Assembly (NCBI GenBank): GCA_964474445.1
Contig: CAYYSJ010000001.1
Coordinates: 345,377-409,376 of the forward strand
Length of the DNA: 64,000 nucleotides
From: an uncultured Gammaproteobacteria bacterium
GTDB lineage: Bacteria; Patescibacteriota; Microgenomatia; Levybacterales; UBA12049
Direction of reading: 5' to 3'
Below are positions 58,767-64,000 of the stretch, piece after piece; position 1 is the first letter of the stretch, and every line of letters starts with the position of its first letter. The notes beneath the pieces were generated by a model. The model worked only from the letters and a program-made list of their open reading frames with translations, searched no databases and was not told where the DNA came from. Position numbers and translations under genes: made by a program.

Positions 58767-59674
58767 ACGGTCAGTTTCCTCACAATTTTATATGCAACTT
58801 TCTTCAAAGGATTTTTTGTCGTCTCTATCGTTTTTGTATGTTCCCAATATCGTAATTCTTTTTGCAATACACGTGTTTCCCGACTCAGATGGGGTAAAAG
58901 CGTATGAGAGTCTACTTCAACAAACTTATGTTTCTCCCATAGGTATCCAAAAACAATGAGGTGGTAAAAGGCCATCAATAAGGAAAGCACCAGTCCATGC
59001 AGACCATCCTTATACCCTTGTCGTGCAAAATAACGACTGAAGAATTCTTTTGCAGGGAAACGGATACTATCTAAAAAATCAAATTTGTATCCTTTTTGCA
59101 GGAGTACTTCTGCCTCATTGGGAGCATAGGTCATTACCATTTTGTATAAAAATTCATGAATTGATTCGTAATTTGTGTGCTCCATTGGAGAAGAAAGATA
59201 TTCTAGAGAACCTTCAACCGCAACCATTTCATGGACGTGTACCTCTGGAAATTTTCCTTTTTCCCTTCTGAAGAGTCGAAGTTGATAATCTGGATACCAA
59301 CCCGTATGCTCTATCCACTTTCCAAAAATACTATTTTTTCGAGGAATCCAGTATCCATTTGCCACCGCTGATGTATTCGTAATAACTTCAGTAATTTCCT
59401 TTCCTAATTCTGATGTAATGCTTTCATCATCGTCTAAATATAAAATCCATTCTTTGCTTGCCTTAGTAAAACCAAAATTTTTATTTACATTCAGCATTGG
59501 ATTATTTTTTCGAATAAAGACATGCGGAGTAAATGTTTTTGCGACCTTCACACTATCATCAGAGGAGGTGTTATCAACGACAATAATTTCATCAGCAATG
59601 TCTTTTATAGACAGTAGACAGCGCTGTAGTTTTTCTTGACGATTAAAGGTCGAAATAACAACAGAGAGTGACAT
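58763..59674 (-). CDS. GT2, WaaE/beta-1,4-glucosyltransferase-like
   Basis: VVDNTSSD, WILYLDDDE, PRKN, WYPDYQLRLF, VHE, GYKDGLHG. Confidence 0.88.
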   Translation of the reverse strand: MSLSVVISTFNRQEKLQRCLLSIKDIADEIIVVDNTSSDDSVKVAKTFTPHVFIRKNNPMLNVNKNFGFTKASKEWILYLDDDESITSELGKEITEVITNTSAVANGYWIPRKNSIFGKWIEHTGWYPDYQLRLFRREKGKFPEVHVHEMVAVEGSLEYLSSPMEHTNYESIHEFLYKMVMTYAPNEAEVLLQKGYKFDFLDSIRFPAKEFFSRYFARQGYKDGLHGLVLSLLMAFYHLIVFGYLWEKHKFVEVDSHTLLPHLSRETRVLQKELRYWEHTKTIETTKNPLKKVAYKIVRKLTV

Positions 59675-59676
59675 AG

Positions 59677-61128
59677 TTACTTAATAAAATGTGCCTTTAG
59701 TATTAGTATATCCTTTTTTACTTCTTCTTTTGCAAGAAGGTATGTGCAGGTAAGGTAGAACGCTGAAGCTACAATAATTTCTCCAAGAATAGCAGGGAGC
59801 GATACAGGCATCATTTTTATAAGAACCAGCAATACAACACCCATCATGAATGCTGACAATGCAGGAACAAATACGCCCTTTAATGAAAAAGAAACATACC
59901 GCTTGGTAAGTATAACAACAAGTACTACAGAAAAGGCAATAAAGGCAGAGGCAATAGCAACACCATTAAATCCAAAAAGATAGATACAAAGGGGGGTAAA
60001 TACCCACGTGGTAACTACCCAAAAGACCATGAGGGAAAGTGATACTTTTATTTTCCCTATCGCATTTAACGCATTTGTGAGCGGTGTAGAGATCGACGAC
60101 AATCCTGCATTAAGTGCAAAAAATGCTAAAGAAACAAGAGCAGGCTCCCACTTTTTATATTTTGGAATAATATCAATGAATTGAGGGGCAAGCAGAACAA
60201 GGCCGATAAGGGATGGAAAAATAAGCAGTGATAAAACAAAAAGAGACTTTTCTATTGCTTTTCCTAAAGAATTCTTTTCATGCTGAAGTCGTGAAAAAGA
60301 AGGAAAGGTAATGCGGATGATGTTATCCATAATAAGGCGAAGAGGAGTAAAAGCCCATTTCTGAGCAAAACCAATATAGCCAACTTGTGTTAACGGTAAT
60401 ACTTTTCCAATATAGGCAATCAGCAAATCATCTTTTATCAAGGCTAAGAGGCTATTTGTTTGGAATGGAATGCCAAATGATAACAATTTTTTAGCAACTT
60501 CTTTTGAGAAACCAACCTGGATTCTCCATGGTGAAATGATATAAATGGCAATAACCCCTGAGAGACCTCGAGCAAGCACTGCATAGGTAAAACTTGCAAC
60601 TCCCCACCCTTTTATTGCTAATACTACAACAACAATATTAAAAAAGAGCGTTTCAATAATTTGTGGAATAACAAGCTTCTCAAAGTGAAGGTCTCGTTCC
60701 AAAAGTACAGAAGGGATGGTCTTTAGAGAGGAAAGGAAAAATGACACAATTAACGCTTGGAAAAGAAATATCCCATTACTGTCTAAGTGGTAAAACTTTC
60801 CAATAAGAGGAGATAGCAGCAACGCTATAAGAACAACTGTTACCACAAGTCCTTCTTGAATCGTAAAGGTGGTTTTTAAATCCTCTTTTGTAATAGGCTC
60901 TTTTTTTTGAATTAAAGCAGCTGCAAGCCCGATATCTGAGAAATATTGTAAAAAAGCGATCACTGCACTGACGACAAAGTAAATTCCAAAAACTGCAGGA
61001 GAAAGGAAAATGGTCAGAAGTAAATTGACAACAAAACTGACTATTTGGATAAAAAATGTACGGGTTACTAAAGCAAATACTCCATGAATCGACCGCTTTG
61101 TAACCGCAGCGATATCAAGATCTTCCAT
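59677..61128 (-). CDS. wzx: Wzx/WzxC-type oligosaccharide flippase
   Basis: LSP..FG, SDIGLAAALIQ, LERDLHF, VGYIGFA, FPSFSRLQ; 12-14 TMs; start ATG 61128. Confidence 0.88.
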   Translation of the reverse strand: MEDLDIAAVTKRSIHGVFALVTRTFFIQIVSFVVNLLLTIFLSPAVFGIYFVVSAVIAFLQYFSDIGLAAALIQKKEPITKEDLKTTFTIQEGLVVTVVLIALLLSPLIGKFYHLDSNGIFLFQALIVSFFLSSLKTIPSVLLERDLHFEKLVIPQIIETLFFNIVVVVLAIKGWGVASFTYAVLARGLSGVIAIYIISPWRIQVGFSKEVAKKLLSFGIPFQTNSLLALIKDDLLIAYIGKVLPLTQVGYIGFAQKWAFTPLRLIMDNIIRITFPSFSRLQHEKNSLGKAIEKSLFVLSLLIFPSLIGLVLLAPQFIDIIPKYKKWEPALVSLAFFALNAGLSSISTPLTNALNAIGKIKVSLSLMVFWVVTTWVFTPLCIYLFGFNGVAIASAFIAFSVVLVVILTKRYVSFSLKGVFVPALSAFMMGVVLLVLIKMMPVSLPAILGEIIVASAFYLTCTYLLAKEEVKKDILILKAHFIK

Positions 61129-61831
61129 AATGCAAGTTCTTCCATAATTGAAAACTCTCGACAATAGCACGAACAATGACACGAAGATTCCCACCACTTT
61201 GGTCTCCATACTTTCTTGGATAGTGATGAACTTCAACTTGGACAATTTTTAAATGGGCTTTCTTTGCTTTGGCTAAAATTTCCGTTGTAATCATCGCTCC
61301 TTCTGAATTGAGTGGAAGAATTTTCTTTATGGCAGAACGCTTAAACATTTTAAAACCACAATCGATATCCTTGAAATAAAATCCAAAGAAAATAAAATCC
61401 CAAATTTTCAGAAGATTCATCAATAAATGTCTAAAGGGATGATCAAGTCGCTTCATCCTACTTCCTATAACCATATCTGCTTGGTCAATCTTTTCCAAAA
61501 AACGCGTCACTTCAGAAAAATCAAATTGACCATCCCCATCTGTAAAAACAACCAAGTTATACTTTGCAGTTTCAAGACCGCTTTTTAGGGCAGCTCCATA
61601 ACCTCTATTTGGTTTATGTGTGATAACGCGAAGATGCTGAGGATCTGTTTTTGCTAATGTCTCCGCTTTTTCAAGTGTATGATCCGAGGATCCATCATCT
61701 ACCATGATAATTTCCCACTTGCTGGCTACTTGTTTTGCAACAGAGATTGCTTCTTTCACAACTTTTTCTATATTTTTTTCTTCGTTCCAGAAGGGAAAGA
61801 ATACGGAGAGCTCAGGTACTTTTGCGGTCAT
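61115..61831 (-). CDS. GT2 polyprenol-phosphate sugar synthase-like
   Basis: FFPFWNEE, VDDGSSD, NRGYGAALKSG, TDGDGQFD, DIDCGFK, HYPRKYG; ATG 61831. Confidence 0.88.
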   Translation of the reverse strand: MTAKVPELSVFFPFWNEEKNIEKVVKEAISVAKQVASKWEIIMVDDGSSDHTLEKAETLAKTDPQHLRVITHKPNRGYGAALKSGLETAKYNLVVFTDGDGQFDFSEVTRFLEKIDQADMVIGSRMKRLDHPFRHLLMNLLKIWDFIFFGFYFKDIDCGFKMFKRSAIKKILPLNSEGAMITTEILAKAKKAHLKIVQVEVHHYPRKYGDQSGGNLRVIVRAIVESFQLWKNLHYGRS

Positions 61832-63542
61832 ATATTTTGCCAATCTCCCAAATTATAGCAAGAATAAGTATGATTACGCTAGTCAGAGAGATAGCATTAC
61901 TCAGATTTTCAACAAATGTTCCACGGTACGCAAAGGTGAGTTTATGCATTCCTGAAGAAAGGTACACCTTCATCCCTTGTGGAGCTCTTTGTATCTGGAT
62001 GGCTCTCCCATTATCAAATGCCTTCCACCCTGGAAAATACGCTTGATTCACAAAAACATAATGAGGAACACTCACCGTTAATACATCGTTTTTTTCTTGT
62101 GTTTTGAGCATTTCTTTTTGCACCATATGATCACGTGAAGGGACAATAAAAGAGTGAGGCAATTCTTCAGAACGTTTTGGCTTGGTAAAACGCTTTGGCA
62201 TGTATTCATCCGAAATCTTTGACGTTGTCCATTCAAGAAAACGTATTGCAGTTAAAGAATCAGTATTTACTGGTATATACAATTGTGGTTTAAAGTATTT
62301 ACCATACAGAAAAAGACCACTCATGACCACGATCAAGCATAGTCCTACACCAAGCATTTTTTGCTTTGAAAAAGCAAAAGAAACAACCATACCTCCTAAA
62401 AGAGAAGAAAAAAGTGACGCAAGGAGTAAATACCTCCAAGGATATTGTAGAAATGCCATTTGATGAATAACATTCCATATCACTGTTGAGATAGATAACA
62501 TGAAGAAAACACTTACGAGAAGTCCTGCAATACAAAGGATAGTTGCAACAAAAAGTTTTTTTTGTTTTATCACAAACGGGAGTAGCATAACTGCTAGAAC
62601 ACTCAGGAGTATATGCACTTTCCCTATCATAAATGAGAAACCGTCAATACATCCTGGAACCGATCCTCCAAAACCCCACGGACTTTGCCACAGTTGTTCT
62701 AAACACACGAAGTGATCATGAAAATCAGCAGTACCCCCCACTTGGGAAAGAACGTTGGTATATTGCATCTCTGTAAAAACAGGCAACCAATAAAACGTAC
62801 TCAGAAAAAGACCAAAAAGAACGGTAAGTAACAAATAAAACGCAGTCTGCAGTTTATATCGTGAACTAAGGATAAGGGCAACGCAGGTAGTAAGCAAAAA
62901 CGGAGTTATCATAAATGCTGAAAGATTATGGGAAAGTATAATCCCAGCAAACCCAATAGCTCCAACTATTGCCCACTTAACAATCGAAAATTGTACAATT
63001 AATATTTTATTTGGGACCTGTGGTAAAGAATGTATCGCAAGAAAAAGTTTATAAAATCCCCAAAATACGAGTGGGAAAAACACATATGCCCATAATTCTC
63101 CTATATCACCTCGCACATACATATCAACAGCATGGTACGGAGCAAAAAGGTAGAGTATAGAAGCAGCAAGTCCTCCCCATTTTCCCCACAACGAAGAAGC
63201 AAGAGCATACATCGTGACACCACTCCCAACCATTGCTATTCCAATCATTATTTTTGTTCCCAAAAGACTATTTGAAAAAAGAAAGACGAAAAAAGCACCT
63301 ATGTAATAGGCAAGTGGACCGTAAAAATTAAAGAGCGGATATCCATACCCATACCCCAAATCTTGAACCCATCGTACTGGAGCCATTCCATCCTTCAATG
63401 CCTTATACATTTCATAGACACGTTGTACCTGCACGTTGTCATGCACGGGGTAAAACCCATTATGAAAAAGTGGAACTATTGTGATAAGAGATAACCCAAG
63501 AACGATAATCAGTGGTATAAAAGAGAAAAGTTTACTTTTCAT
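61812..63542 (-). CDS. GT-C membrane protein (YfhO / 'PTPS-related' family)
   Basis: VHD..Q, PVRWV..GYGYPLFNFY, APYH..MYVRG, QYPWRYL, DEYMP, YFPGWKA; paralog of 39839-41479. Confidence 0.83.
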   Translation of the reverse strand: MKSKLFSFIPLIIVLGLSLITIVPLFHNGFYPVHDNVQVQRVYEMYKALKDGMAPVRWVQDLGYGYGYPLFNFYGPLAYYIGAFFVFLFSNSLLGTKIMIGIAMVGSGVTMYALASSLWGKWGGLAASILYLFAPYHAVDMYVRGDIGELWAYVFFPLVFWGFYKLFLAIHSLPQVPNKILIVQFSIVKWAIVGAIGFAGIILSHNLSAFMITPFLLTTCVALILSSRYKLQTAFYLLLTVLFGLFLSTFYWLPVFTEMQYTNVLSQVGGTADFHDHFVCLEQLWQSPWGFGGSVPGCIDGFSFMIGKVHILLSVLAVMLLPFVIKQKKLFVATILCIAGLLVSVFFMLSISTVIWNVIHQMAFLQYPWRYLLLASLFSSLLGGMVVSFAFSKQKMLGVGLCLIVVMSGLFLYGKYFKPQLYIPVNTDSLTAIRFLEWTTSKISDEYMPKRFTKPKRSEELPHSFIVPSRDHMVQKEMLKTQEKNDVLTVSVPHYVFVNQAYFPGWKAFDNGRAIQIQRAPQGMKVYLSSGMHKLTFAYRGTFVENLSNAISLTSVIILILAIIWEIGKIYDRKST

Positions 63543-64000
63543 ATTGTTTTCGCATGATGAGTACTATGAGAACAAGCAAGCTACAAAGAGAAAGTACATC
63601 TGCAAAAAGTCTTACTGGCGTTTCTCGAAAACGCGCGATAACCGTATGATCTCCAGCAGAGAGAGGAAACTGCATCAATCCAAATGCATTTGCATAAGAT
63701 ACACTTACTCGTTTTCCATCAACCAAGACTTCCCAACCGGGGAAATAAATAAGATTGATTTGAACAACAGCATTTGTGCGAGATATGACATGTGCAGCCA
63801 GGTAACTCCCTTTAAATTGGACATTTGAGACAACACCATTACCTTGGCGTATTTCTATTTTTTTGTCAGTATACACAGTTGGCTGATTTTTCACCCAGCT
63901 TGGCATATATTCATTTTTTACTGTTGTTGAATCTTGGTTTGTACTGTAAAACGTATCAGGGAAGTTTTGATAGTTCGTTGGGAAAAGAAGACTCCAGGAG
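63532..64000 (-). CDS. C-terminal part of another YfhO/'PTPS-related' GT-C protein, starts beyond the right edge
   Basis: Frame stays open to the edge (..DSTTVKNEYMPSWV), YFPGWEVLVDGK, F-x-ETP-x-R plus terminal TM. Confidence 0.78.
   Translation of the reverse strand, partial: SWSLLFPTNYQNFPDTFYSTNQDSTTVKNEYMPSWVKNQPTVYTDKKIEIRQGNGVVSNVQFKGSYLAAHVISRTNAVVQINLIYFPGWEVLVDGKRVSVSYANAFGLMQFPLSAGDHTVIARFRETPVRLFADVLSLCSLLVLIVLIMRKQYEK

Noticed and set aside
1-64000. Alternative genetic code (UGA recoded), CRISPR arrays, tRNA/rRNA, IS or integrase
   Set aside because: TGA ends many genes at ATGA overlaps and genes are full length under code 11; intergenic gaps are small and show no such elements by eye.

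Overview
The whole 64 kb window is one very large, gene-dense cell-surface glycosylation locus, almost all on the minus strand and open at both edges. It holds about 57 CDS: 14 GT2 (5 resembling polyprenol-phosphate sugar synthases), 7 GT4 (one is only an N-terminal half), about 14 multi-TM GT-C-type transferases (ArnT/PMT-like, YfhO-like, GT87-like; one split in two), an O-antigen-ligase-like protein, two Wzx flippases, NDP-sugar enzymes (GalE, SDRs, 4,6-dehydratase, cupin isomerase, PLP aminotransferase, N-formyltransferase, split transketolase), decorating enzymes (acetyl-, methyl-, sulfotransferase-like, APH-fold kinase) and a secreted tandem-LamG protein. Low GC, overlapping genes, few Shine-Dalgarno sites, -10 boxes just upstream of start codons and a DUF5652-like gene suggest a Patescibacteria/CPR (Microgenomates-like) genome using code 11; this is inference. 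No rRNA, tRNA, CRISPR or mobile element was seen. Best leads: the GT-C expansion itself, a transketolase-SDR-sulfotransferase-like-kinase module, a possible new N-formyl sugar pathway, and a structured 264-bp intergenic leader with a basic micro-ORF. All family calls come from motif recognition by eye, not database searches.
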